Assembly: GCA_963714275.1 (NCBI GenBank)
Contig: CAVQNT010000003.1
Coordinates: 192,001-256,000, forward strand
DNA from: Candidatus Bathyarchaeota archaeon
Lineage (GTDB): Archaea; Thermoproteota; Bathyarchaeia; Bathyarchaeales; DTEX01
Direction: 5' to 3'
DNA: 64,000 nt
Numbering within the stretch: position 1 is the stretch's first letter; each line of letters begins with the position of its first letter. Below the pieces are notes generated by a model. That model was not told the origin of the DNA. It was given only the letters and a program-made list of their open reading frames with translations, and did not search any database. Below are positions 23,296 through 34,041 of the stretch, in pieces. The position numbers and the translations under genes were made by a program.

Positions 23296-24389
23296 AGTTT
23301 GGTTCTCCTTTTTTGTTCTGGTTGCCTTCCAAAAAAGGTTCTGAGCTTAAAAGCATATCATTAATCAGCGTCTTAGCGGTCTTGTTATCTTTGTATAGCA
23401 CGAGGTAAACTCTCCAGTAGTCTGGCTTTTCTCTTAGCAGTGGCTGGTCAACGGTTAACCCTAACATCCAATCCTCCAGTCCAGCCTCTTCGTATAACTC
23501 TTTTTCGACTTGTGCAAGATTCGATGGATGCGTCAGCCTCAAGGCGTCTCCTCTGAGTTCAACGAATTTTTTGTCCATGAAAATTTTGTACTTACCTTTG
23601 CTTAACCCATCTGCCCAACGTGGAAGTTTAATTTTCATAAAATTGTATGCTTCACGGTTAGTCAGCCTAAAGAAGGTGAGGAGTCAGCTCCTCCTTCAGC
23701 ATCCTTAAGGCTCTTCCAAGCATCGTCCAGCAGATCATGTTGTACCCGTCGTTCCAGACGTAGGAATAGACCTTCTCGAAATCTCCTGCCCACCTCCTCT
23801 TTAGACCATCCGGCATGTTTTGGCTATCTAAATCCAACGACATTGAAGAAGCAACCTCTGAGGGAACATATGATGCTTTGCCTAAGGGTTTTCCTGGAAC
23901 AGTCGTCATAAACCTGTATATGTTATCCGCATTGTCGAGGTCAGGAAAACCATAAAGCAACGGCGAAAGGTCATGTTGTCCTTCAAGAACCGCGTAAAAC
24001 TCGTCCAAATCCAACCCATACTTTTCCAAAATTTTGTGGTCCTCAACGGGGCTGTGTTCGAACGCGAAACGCACTGCGCCTTCATGCGTAAATCCTAATA
24101 TTTCTTTCATTGTTTGGTCCGAAATGTGCGGGAACGGACCATCGCCCGCATCGTGCAAGGTTGCAGCTGCCGTTAAAAGAAGCCTGTCATGATTGTTTCC
24201 GCCAGAAACGAGGAGAGAAAGCTTTCCCACAGCAATTGAGTGTTGAAATCTGGATGCTGTGGCGACATGAGGTCCCAGCCAGCTTGGAACAGCGGAGAGG
24301 GTAATGTGCTTCAGTCTTTGAATTATGGATGTCTCAGAAAGGTCCTCTGGTAGGGAGGTTTGTGAACTGTTTGTTCCCAACACAATCAC
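23288..24389 (-). CDS. HD-domain phosphohydrolase (dNTPase/YdhJ-like, divergent), frameshift near 23660
   Basis: Has QRL..I, SRFQHS, LHDAGDGPFPH and DLDNAD. The C-terminus is in ORF 23288-23638. Confidence 0.75.
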
Positions 24390-24833
24390 TTTTTAGGCAC
24401 GAAATCGGATTAGCTGTAAAGTCGATAGGCGCATTGGGTGACTGAACATTATGAGTCTCGTTCAATCAACCTTAAAAGACTAACGAAAAGACATACACTA
24501 ATATGGAAGTGCAGGTTGCTAGCTGGCTATTCATCTACAAAAATACTAACGAAATGCTTAAGGGAAAAGAACCGTATCAGGAAATTACCTCAATTCTAAG
24601 AAAGATCACAAAAGTTGATCATGTAGAAATTTAAAAAAAATTAGAATAGAAATTTGTTATTTGAACGAAAAATTTTCCTTCAGCTTCATTGACTTGGGAC
24701 GTATACAAAAAACAATGTGGCAGTAAATTTGATTTTTTCAGGAATCACCAATAATTATTATTTTAAACGATTAATGAAAGTAGTCGCATTAACATATAAG
24801 CTGGCTGAAAGGAGTCCATATATGACTTGAAGG

Positions 24834-25821
24834 ATGAGTAAGATGAAAAATATTCCAGAGGATAGTGAAAAAGGTCAGATTGAGAAAGTAAAAATGGCTC
24901 TTTTGGGGATGCAGAGGTACAATTGGGAGCAGGGAGTGGCTGCGCAGGCTATGCTAGAGTTGGGTGATGACCAATGGGTTGTATCTCTGGCAAGGGCTGC
25001 TGTGATGCGGCAACAGAACGGAAGGTTCTCAGTTATCGGCAACCATGACCCATTGACAGATTCAGCAAGCGTTGGTGAAGCAGTTTTACACGCAGGAAAG
25101 GTCACCGGTGATCCATTATATTCTAAGGCAGCGGAGGAAATGCTTCACCTGTTGCTCACAACCGATCACAGAAGCGTGAACGGAGCGCTTTACCACGTGA
25201 ATTTACGTAAGGAGATTTGGGTGGACGCATACTACATGGCTCCTCCGTTTATGGCGGTTGCAGGACACCCCAAAGAGGCAGTAACACAGATAGAGGGATA
25301 CCGGGAATACCTCTGGAACAATGAAGACAAGATGTATTCTCACATATGGGATGACGAGAAGAAGGAGTTCATCAGAAGAGACTATTGGGGAGTCGGAAAC
25401 GGGTGGGCTGCAGGCTGGAATAACGAGGGTCATCCGAGCCCTCCCAGAAAACATGAAACAAGATAGGAACAGGCTCATCACCTACGTAAAGGAAGTTATA
25501 GATGGCTGCATTGCTCACCTACGAGATGACGGCCTTTTCCACAATGTCGTCAACGACCCGACAACCTTTATTGAGACCAACCTTGGACAAATGATCAGTT
25601 ACTCAATCTTCAGAGGAGTCGAAGGAGGTTGGTTGAACAATTCGTACATAAAGCCTGCTGAAAAAATGAGAAAAGCAGCAAGATCCAAGGTTGACCGTTA
25701 CGGTCTTGTACAAGGCGTTTGCGGCGTCCCAGAATTCAACCATTCCTACATAGCCCCAGAAGGACAAGCCTTCTTCCTTCTCATGGAAGCCGCTGCTAGA
25801 GACTTGGAATCTCACGCCTAA
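24834..25821 (+). CDS. GH105/GH88 unsaturated rhamnogalacturonyl/glucuronyl hydrolase (frameshifted)
   Basis: Has WEQGV, WVDAYYM.PPF, WGVGNGW, DGLFHNVVNDP and EGQAFFL. Confidence 0.85.
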
Positions 25822-25895
25822 AGACGCACGATACGAGAGATACATTATTTCCGCAATTGTATCCTGAAAAGAATAGCTGAAATTAGGAAAAATCC

Positions 25896-27037
25896 TCAGA
25901 TGGTCGGTTTGTATTCAAGCCCAGCTTCTTTTCCAGCTGTTTCTTTGAGGAAACTGACTAGTTCGTCTTCTTTGGGAAATATTTTCGTCGCGTACCACTC
26001 GAAGAACGGACTGGGTTCAAACGGATAAAACACGTAAACAAATTTCGCTAGCCCCTTGGCTTGAACCATTTCGCACAAGACTCCGGCTGACAGCCTGTTC
26101 TCTGGGGTGATAGGCGACTACGTATGAGCCGCTTTCGATGATTTTGTAGTCAATGTCGATGACCTGAGCGCGAAGATTGTTGATCGCAGCCTCAATGTCC
26201 CAAGAATCCACCTCATACTTCTTTACACCATCAAAGTATCGTATTGTGACATTGATTTTTTCAGGCAGACCTTTACCCTTCGCCATTGCCTCGTTACACA
26301 CGGTTCGCCAAGTCTCGACTAACTCCCAATCCTTAATCATGTAAGGGTCAAAAATCGTATAGTACGGTTGAAGGGCAGCTGCGAACCGTCTGACCTTATT
26401 AAAGAAATCTGAATTCTCTCCCGTGATTGGGTGGCTTAGGTAAACCTTCTTTTTATGACTGTTGTAGATTAGGTCTTCCAGCAGGTCTATTCCGTGTTCC
26501 TTGGCAACGACGTAGAACTCTTTATGTGGCGTGAAGTCTCGAGAAAAGTTGTAGATTCCCGTGATCTCCTCCCTTCTCCACTGCGAAAGCTCGATAAGCG
26601 TGAAGCCGTGTTCCCTCCATTGCGGATCATCTTTTAATCGTTCTCTAACTCTGACTAAGTCATCTGCGACAACGAGGAAAAAGTCAGGATTCAAGGCTTT
26701 TACTTCACGTTCCTCCAATCCCTTGTAGGATTTTCCTTTCCACTCAAAATGGTAAGGCGTGCTTATGACGTGAACGCCGTCCTTGTTTCCGATCTCCTTG
26801 ATGATTCTTTCTAACGCTGCAGCTCGAAAACTTTCCAGTTGCATGGGTTTGCTGTCGTAAAAATCCAGAACGTTCAACTTGTTTAGGGTGTACCCTTGTT
26901 TCTTCAGCTTCTTCAACAAGGTATTCGAACAGGTGATAATAGAAGAAATCACGTTTGCCCCTTAGTTCCTGAAGATACTCGTCTCTTCCAGAACCAGGCT
27001 GTCCCGCGCAGATTACCACGGTCTTCTTCATGTTCAA
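25896..27037 (-). CDS. Fusion of an archaeal adenylate kinase-like P-loop domain and a nucleoside 2-deoxyribosyltransferase-like domain (two frameshifts)
   Basis: N-terminal GQPGSGRD, ISTPYHF and LNPDFFLVV. C-terminal VYLSHPIT, FDP, DYKII and SAGVLCE. Confidence 0.7.
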
Positions 27038-27137
27038 CCACCTACAACATAAAATGAACTATAATCTTATTATCTTAGTGTCTTCCCGTCTAAAGGTAAG
27101 GGAGACTTTTTCTTTCTCGTCGAAAATTTGGGCGTGT

Positions 27138-27211
27138 CGTGGGTTATAACTGTCACCGTTAATTGTGATACCCCACGGAGTCTCAGCCTCGTATCTGAGT
27201 GAGCTGACTCC
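27138..27211. other. Tandem-hairpin structured intergenic element (candidate ncRNA or cis element)
   Basis: Hairpin 1 is CGTGGG/CCCACG with inner TGTCAC/GTGATA. Hairpin 2 follows immediately: GGAG/CTCC + TCAGC/GCTGA. Confidence 0.4.
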
Positions 27212-27278
27212 AGCAAAGCTTAATTAAGTTATTGGCACCATTGTAACGTAATTCGATTTATTATACACGGGGTTAACT

Positions 27279-27974
27279 GTGTTGATTGAGGATTTTACGG
27301 TGAACTTAAGCAAGTTCGAGGAGCTGCTGCAGGAAATATCTGCGAGCACCACAAGCGGAGTAATATCTGAAAGGATGTCTCCATCGGACATTTGGAAGAA
27401 ATCTGAGGCAGACGTGACTACTTTACGGAACCTCACTGAACAAATTAAAAAATCGATGCTAATCCTAAAGCCCGAGAAAGCTTCAACGATAGAAAAACTT
27501 TCAGCAACAATGCTGCAGTCTCTAAGTAAATTCAAAGAATTCCTTTTCAAAAAGGGAGAGCAAGCCCTCAACTCTAAATTGGCTCTTGATGAGCTTAGGA
27601 GGGCGATGATTGAGAGTTCCAGTCTCCTCGATTTGGCGAAGGAAATCAAGAACAACCCGTCTGAAGGAATCGCGGCGATTCTTAAACTGAAGGAAGTTTA
27701 CGACTCGAAAGAGTACCTTTCAGCAATCCCTGTGCCTGAGGTTACCTATGTGAGGTTCGCGAGCTTAAAGAACGACATAGAAAGCCTCAAACTCGCAGTG
27801 ACAAATCTTGAACGCCAATTAAGCGAACTCAGAACGAACTTGGACAGCGTCGTCGAAGAAATCTCCAAGTTCAGGGTTCTGCCTGCTGAAAAAACGAGAG
27901 GGAAACCAAAGGAAGCTGAAGAAGCCAGCGACGAAGATTTCGATCCTGAACCTTCCTTAATCACAAAAGAATAG
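27279..27974 (+). CDS. Hypothetical alpha-helical/coiled-coil protein
   Basis: 231-aa ORF with heptad periodicity and an acidic tail. Confidence 0.7.
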   Translation: MLIEDFTVNLSKFEELLQEISASTTSGVISERMSPSDIWKKSEADVTTLRNLTEQIKKSMLILKPEKASTIEKLSATMLQSLSKFKEFLFKKGEQALNSKLALDELRRAMIESSSLLDLAKEIKNNPSEGIAAILKLKEVYDSKEYLSAIPVPEVTYVRFASLKNDIESLKLAVTNLERQLSELRTNLDSVVEEISKFRVLPAEKTRGKPKEAEEASDEDFDPEPSLITKE

Positions 27975-28011
27975 AGACAATTTTAACCCACCTTTTTGGT
28001 GCTAGAAAAGG

Positions 28012-28452
28012 ATGTCGATGGTTGACATTACCGCAAAACCTGCGGTTCACAGAGAAGCAACAGCGAAAGGGCAATTGAAACTTAGAAAAGAAACCGTAGC
28101 CCTCATCAAGCAAGGCAAAATCGAAAAGGGAGACCCTTTCCAAGTCGCGAAAGTAGCAGGCGTACTGGCAGCCAAGAAAACGAGTTCTATTGTGCCTTTG
28201 TGTCACCCGATTCCTTTAACAAGCATAAAAATTAACCTGCGAATTGTGGACGACGCTGTTGAGGTAGAATCAACCGTAAAGACCAAGGCTCAAACAGGCG
28301 TGGAGATGGAAGCCCTCACTGCGACTGCGGTGGCTCTCTTGACAGTTTGGGACATGACCAAACAGTACGAAAAAGACGCTGAAGGACAATACCCTTACAC
28401 AGCAATCCGCGACATACGAGTCACGAGTAAGCTGAAGGAAAAGCAGCAATGA
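28012..28452 (+). CDS. moaC: Cyclic pyranopterin monophosphate synthase
   Basis: Has MVDITAK, KGD, LCHPIP, TGVEMEAL and WDMTK. Confidence 0.95.
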   Translation: MSMVDITAKPAVHREATAKGQLKLRKETVALIKQGKIEKGDPFQVAKVAGVLAAKKTSSIVPLCHPIPLTSIKINLRIVDDAVEVESTVKTKAQTGVEMEALTATAVALLTVWDMTKQYEKDAEGQYPYTAIRDIRVTSKLKEKQQ

Positions 28453-28982
28453 GCGAAACATCAACGATACACAAGGCTGAAGCTCCTAAGACTCTCAATT
28501 ATGCAGTAATCACCTGTAGTACGTCGCGGTACAGAGAGTTCGCTGAAACAGGAAAAATCGATGATCCGTCTGGAGACCTGATCGCCCAGATTCTTAGGAG
28601 CAACGGGCAACGGGTTACGTTGCGGAGACTGGTTTCAGACGACAAGTCGACGATACAGCAGGCAGTAACAAAGGCTTTGAAGTCGAGGAAGACTGACGCG
28701 ATAGTCACGACAGGTGGGACAGGAATAAGCCACACTGACGTAACAATTGAGGCTGTTCAACTGCTTCTTGACAAGGAAATTCCGGGATTCGGGCAGCTCT
28801 TCCGAACAATCAGCTACCAAAAAATCGGCTCACCCGCAGTTTTAACACGGGCACTGGCTGGCGTAGCAAGAGGAAAACCCATTTTCTGTCTGCCCGGTTC
28901 TCCACAAAGCGTGTCTCTAGCGCTTGAAACTCTTATTCTGCCTGAGGCAGGCCACATTTTTAAGCATGCACGCGAGACATAG
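28449..28982 (+). CDS. moaB: Molybdenum cofactor biosynthesis protein B (MogA/MoaB)
   Basis: Has D.SG, TTGGTG...DVT.EA, GFG and LPGSP. ATGA overlap with moaC. Confidence 0.92.
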   Translation: MSETSTIHKAEAPKTLNYAVITCSTSRYREFAETGKIDDPSGDLIAQILRSNGQRVTLRRLVSDDKSTIQQAVTKALKSRKTDAIVTTGGTGISHTDVTIEAVQLLLDKEIPGFGQLFRTISYQKIGSPAVLTRALAGVARGKPIFCLPGSPQSVSLALETLILPEAGHIFKHARET

Positions 28983-29004
28983 GTTCAAAAAATTTTTATG
29001 CAGG

Positions 29005-30229
29005 TCATTTTTTGGTTGAAAGATAGTTCACCATGTCCTCGTCAAAGTCGAACCATCTGGATAATCCGTTCTTCATCGTTTCGTTGGTTTGGAAAATTAT
29101 GCGTAGGTACGGAACAACGTCTTTTGCAGCTTGGTTCGATGATATGTGGCACCGTTTCCCTATTTTCAGACCGATGACTGTCATCATTTCCCGTTGCGCC
29201 CTCGAATGAGACATAGTCATGATGCGGGTGGGGAACCTGAAGGGCACCCAACCTGAGGTTCTATGATTCCAAGAAACCGCGACGCCTGCTGTCATGAAAT
29301 CTATAAAGTACCTCATCAGGATCCAGTTTTGGGTGGCTCTGATTCGTCCGCGGTACATGTCGGCGGACGCAAGCATCTCCATGGTGGCAGCCGAGCTCTT
29401 TTGGGTCTTTGACTTGGTGAGGCACGTTTTCGTAAATCCATTCCAAAAGCATGTCTGGGTCGATGTCCGCAGCGTCAACCGCTCTTCTCGCGTCCCAAAC
29501 GTTTCCCGCATAAAAAATGTCACTGAGTACCTTGAAGATTGCTTCTTTCCTGTCTCGGGTCGAAAGCCACGACACATCGTCGTAGGCTAATTGTTTCTTG
29601 CCTTGGGCTAACGCTTGAAGGTCGTTGACTGCTGATCTGAGGTCGCCGCTGGCTCTTTCAGCTACGAGTCTCAAAGCGTCAGCTTCGGCTTCGACGCCTT
29701 CTCGGCTGCAGATTTTTTTGAGATAGGCTTCTATGTCTGTCCTCGCAAGTTTCTTGAACTCTACTAGCTGACAATGTTCCCGCAAAGTCGAAAATCGGGG
29801 CTCATACACATTGTTCGCCGTTAGAATGATGGGCGAACCTGTGGTTTTCACGATGTCAGTTATGACGCGAAGTCCCCCTCGGTCCGCTGTGCCTGTTATG
29901 CCGTCGAGCTCGTCGAAAAGGATAAGACGTTTTTTTCCAAACAAGGTGCCGTAATGGCTGGCGGTGCCTGCGAATTTCTGGACAGCCTCAGCGGTTCTGT
30001 AGTTGCTGGCGTTGCTTTGTACGAGCTCCATACCGAGGTCGTTGGCTAAAACCTCGGCGACGACGGTTTTTCCTATTCCAGGCGACCCGTAAATGAAGAG
30101 GGCTCTTTTTTTAGGCGGTTTCCTGTCCCACTCGTGAACCCATTTCAGAATCTTGTCTTTCGCTATTTGGTTTCCGACAACCTCAGCTAAGGTTTTTGGT
30201 TTGTACTTTATGGTCCACGGGACGAACAA
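29005..30229 (-). CDS. rfcL: Replication factor C large subunit (frameshift near 29395)
   Basis: Has PWTIKYKPK, GSPGIGKT, NASN.R, FDELD and GDLRSAVNDLQ. Confidence 0.93.
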
Positions 30230-30235
30230 TTCTTA

Positions 30236-31203
30236 TTATCCTCTTTTTATTTCGGCTCCTGCCTCAACCAGTTTTGCCAGCAACGCGCTAAGCTGGATTT
30301 CCTCGTTTGAGCCCTGCAGCAGGCGGAAGTCCGCTTCGCCAATGACTTCGGCGAGCTTTACTTTCCACTTATCAGGGATGCTGAGCCTGAAGGTTTCGCT
30401 GTGAATTTGACCGATTATGTCGGTTCCAGCCAGTCCATACTTTAGAAGCATGTCTCTGAGCTTTTTCGGGCTTCAACGAAATCTCCGCTCAACGCCGTTA
30501 ACAGCATTTCCTGCACGTCCACCGGGTTTGCCCTACCGACGACTGAGTAAACGGTTTCTTCGTCTATGGGTTTACCGATTGACGCTGCCGTCTGAAGAAT
30601 GTTCGTGACTCTTCTCAGGTCTCCGCCGCTTATTTCCAGAATCGCTTCAAGCCCGTCATCCTTGATTGTTAAGCCTTCGTTATCGGTGATGCGTTTAATC
30701 CAGTTAACTGCGTGTTCCCGAGGCAAGTAGGTGAACCTGAAAGGCGCACATCTTGACTGGATGGGTTCAATAATTTTTCCGCTGTAGTTCGCGATGAGGA
30801 TGAACCGTGCGGTTTCCGTATATCGCTCCATAGTTCGCCTTAAGGCTTGTTGAGCGTCACCGGTCATGTTGTCGGCTTCGTCGAGGATGAGAACCTTGAA
30901 GCTAACCTCACCGATGAACTTGGTCCTCGCAAAGGTCTTCACGGTTTCCCGCACAACGTTTATGCCTCTTTCGTCGCTGGCGTTCAGTTCCATCACGTAA
31001 TCACGGTAGCTCGGTCCGTAGAGGTCGCGGGCTAGGCACAGGGCAGCCGTGGTTTTTCCTGTTCCTGGCGGTCCAGCGAAGATGCAGTGGGGGACGTTTT
31101 GGGCTTTGACAAAGCTTTTGAGTCTGTTGACGATTTGTTCTTGGTCTACTATGTCGATAAGCGAGTGAGGACGGTACTTTTCTGTCCACATTTCATAACT
31201 CAA
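30236..31203 (-). CDS. rfcS: Replication factor C small subunit (frameshift near 30460)
   Basis: Has WTEKYRP, GPPGTGKT, ELNASDERG, LDEAD and IQSRC. Confidence 0.95.
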
Positions 31204-31359
31204 CGTAGGGCACCTTGACCTTAAGAGTCAATATTCGTTTTGAAATATGCCGTAGGACGCTATTAAGTCTTAGATTTTCTGGGTTGCGTTCTGTCCGTTC
31301 TTAAGTAATATTTATAACGTGGTTATAGTATTTTGTGTTTGAAGAGAGGAGGTTGCATC

Positions 31360-31902
31360 ATGAGCGAGTATGCAGTTATTTTGGTCGACATGTTGAACGA
31401 TTTTGTTTCGGGAAGCCTGAAGTGCGACAGAGCCCAGCACATAATTCCCAATTTGAGGAGGCTGGTTGAAGCTGCACGGCGGAACGGCGTAGATGTGGTT
31501 TACAGTAACGACTCTCATTACCCTCAGGACCACGAGGTTGTTGCACGGTGGGGCAGCCATGCGATTAAGGGCACGGAGGGAGCTGAGGTGATTTCGGAGC
31601 TGAAGCCGGAGGCGAAGGACTACGTTGTTGACAAGAGGACTTATAGCGGTTTCTACGAAACTGGTTTAGACCCTTTGTTGAGAAGTTTAGGCGTGAAAAC
31701 CGTCGTTCTGACTGGTTTACATACGAACATGTGTGTTAGGCACACTGCTGCGGACGCCTTTTTCCGGGGCTACAAAATCATTGTAGCGATAGACGGCGTG
31801 GAAGCCTTCACTCAGGAAGATCAAGAAAGCGGGATAAAGTATCTAGAATATGTCTACAATGCTGAGCTAAAGACAACAAATGAGATCATAAAAAAATTCT
31901 AA
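31360..31902 (+). CDS. Isochorismatase/nicotinamidase-family cysteine hydrolase
   Basis: Has VDMLNDF, D.H, W..H, KRTYSGF and TNMCV. Confidence 0.88.
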   Translation: MSEYAVILVDMLNDFVSGSLKCDRAQHIIPNLRRLVEAARRNGVDVVYSNDSHYPQDHEVVARWGSHAIKGTEGAEVISELKPEAKDYVVDKRTYSGFYETGLDPLLRSLGVKTVVLTGLHTNMCVRHTAADAFFRGYKIIVAIDGVEAFTQEDQESGIKYLEYVYNAELKTTNEIIKKF

Positions 31903-31984
31903 AAAGTTTCGTTTGTCTTGTCGAAGCCATTCTTCTGAGTCTGTCAGCTTATTTAAGAAAAATATTTTTTTCATTTAGTGAGGA

Positions 31985-32154
31985 TGCGGGTTCTACTGTC
32001 TGTTTTGTTCAACAACCGAATTTCAATTTTGAACAACACACAGCATCGTTAAAGACCTGCTCTGTTGTGTGTGACAATAGGTTTTTCCGTTTGCATGACA
32101 ATAGCCATCTATACAGAAAAATAAGGTCTGTTTTGTGGCGCAAAAGGCTGTTTT
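31985..32154 (+). repeat. Dispersed intergenic repeat, copy C
   Basis: Collinear similarity to copies A and B, including an exact GGCGCAAAAGGCTGTT. Confidence 0.7.
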
Positions 32155-32237
32155 CCGTGAGGGTATAGGTATTTAAGGGTCGATTTCTTTCTCTATTCCA
32201 ATTAAATCAGCAAAAACAGCGTTAACGTGGTTGGTCT

Positions 32238-32543
32238 TTGGGTAAAAAGAAGGTCATAAGCGAGGAGAACCTGAGCGATCTGATTCTCCCCGAAACAACG
32301 GACGTGTTTGGGATAGCCGCCAAGCTGCTGGGCAACGACCGCGTTTTTGTTAAATGCCAAGATGGTCTCGAAAGGGTTTGCCGAATCCGTGGGAAAATGA
32401 AGCGCCGCGTCTGGATAAGAATCAATGACATCGTTCTTGTCAGCCCGTGGGATTTCCAGTCCAAGCAACGTGGCGACATTATTTGGCGTTACACTAGGGG
32501 TCAGTCTGATTATCTGCGGAGAAGAGGTCTGCTTAAGATTTAA
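32238..32543 (+). CDS. eif1a: Translation initiation factor aIF-1A
   Basis: Has LGN, CRIRGKMKRRVWI..D.VLV.PWDFQ and GDIIWRY. Confidence 0.95.
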   Translation: MGKKKVISEENLSDLILPETTDVFGIAAKLLGNDRVFVKCQDGLERVCRIRGKMKRRVWIRINDIVLVSPWDFQSKQRGDIIWRYTRGQSDYLRRRGLLKI

Positions 32544-32590
32544 CGGGCACTGCGTTAAGGGGGTTTTTTGAGGCGTCTATCAAAGTCAGA

Positions 32591-33375
32591 GTGAGGAAGA
32601 AGCTTGAACGCCAAGAAAAATCCTACGAAACCACGCAGCTCATGAAAGAGAAAAGAAGCGAAGAATACGACGCTCTTGAGGAAGTTTTTGACCGTCCTAC
32701 CTTGATGACGGTCTACGGACTCATGAACCGGGGTGAAATCCAAGAAATCCACGGAGCCGTTAAAGCTGGAAAAGAATCCAAGACTTTACTGGGGAACAAG
32801 ATCAAACGGCGAAACGATCGCAATAAAAATTTTCTTAACCTTGTCCGCCGAGTTCCGTAAAGGCATGCTCATGTACATATCAGGCGATCCAAGATTCACG
32901 CATATCAAGAGGGACCCCCGAAGTATCATTTACACTTGGGCGAGGAAAGAGTACCGAAACCTGTCCGAGGCTTATGCGGCTAAGGTTCGGGTTCCCCAAC
33001 CCTTTACTGTAGAGAACAACGTGCTTATAATGGAGTTCATCGGAAAAAGCGGGAAAAGTGCACCTCTGCTCAGAGAAACGGAGACTCCAGAATCCTCAGC
33101 GAACCTACGGTAAGCTGCTCAAGTACGTGGAAAGGCTCTACAAAAAGGCGAGACTCGTCCATGGGGACCTAAGCGAATACAATGTCATGATTTGGAAGGG
33201 TGAACCCGTAGTCTTCGACATGTCCCAAGCCGTCAACGTGAAACATCCGAACGCTCTTAAACTGCTGGAAAGAGACTTGGAGAACCTGAACCGATACTTT
33301 AATAGAATCGGCGTAGACGTAACTTCAACCGAACGAACCTTTAGGAGGATCACTAGTGTCACAGCTGTTCGTTAA
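32591..33375 (+). CDS. rio1: RIO1 serine/threonine kinase (two frameshifts)
   Basis: Has GKES, AIKI, WA.KE..NL, LIMEFIG, LVHGDLSEYN and FDMSQAV across three frames. Confidence 0.9.
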
Positions 33376-33940
33376 GATTCCGCGCGACAGAATCGGAGCC
33401 CTCATCGGACCCGAAGGTGAAGCCAAACAAAACATAGAAGACCAGCTTCAAGTTGAGCTCCAAATTGACAGCCAAACCGGAGATGTTACCATAAACCTCG
33501 ACAAAGACGTTCAGGACCCGTCGTTGCTGTTTAAAGCCAAAGACTACGTGTTGGCTGTGGGACGAGGGTTTTCACCTGACCGCGCCTACAAGCTGCTCCA
33601 AGACGAGGAAAACATGCTTACAGTTATCGACTTAAGGGAAATTTTCGGAAGGTCAGACTCAGACATCCAACGTGTGAAAAGCAGAATCATCGGTAAGGAA
33701 GGCAAAACCCGAAAAGTCATTGAGGAACTTTCTGAAACCTCAATCTCAGTTTACGGGCACACGATCTCCATAATAGGCGGGGTGGAACAATCCGAAATCG
33801 CCCGCGAAGCCGTCAACATGTTCATTAAAGGAAGCCAACACGCCACAGTTTACAAGTACCTCCAAAGAAAAAAGCAGGACCTCAAAAAGAGACGCCTCGA
33901 ACTTTGGGAAGACAGCACTCTTTTCCCAGCTGAAACTTGA
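33356..33940 (+). CDS. KH-domain RNA-processing protein (Dim2/Pno1-like)
   Basis: Has RIGALIG..G, GRGFS, RIIGKEGKTR and G..H..VY; syntenic with rio1. Confidence 0.92.
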   Translation: MSQLFVKIPRDRIGALIGPEGEAKQNIEDQLQVELQIDSQTGDVTINLDKDVQDPSLLFKAKDYVLAVGRGFSPDRAYKLLQDEENMLTVIDLREIFGRSDSDIQRVKSRIIGKEGKTRKVIEELSETSISVYGHTISIIGGVEQSEIAREAVNMFIKGSQHATVYKYLQRKKQDLKKRRLELWEDSTLFPAET

Positions 33941-34041
33941 ACTGAGCTGTAGATTGCTTATATAGTAGCTTCCAAGTTAATTTAGCTGAACCGTTTAAAA
34001 AATAACTCACTTAAGCATCAAACCACAGGAGGTTTCCAGAA

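Noticed and set aside
24500-24635. Short ORF containing MLKGKEPYQE, reminiscent of an IS110 transposase C-terminus
   Set aside because: It is too short and has no other transposase motifs or element ends.
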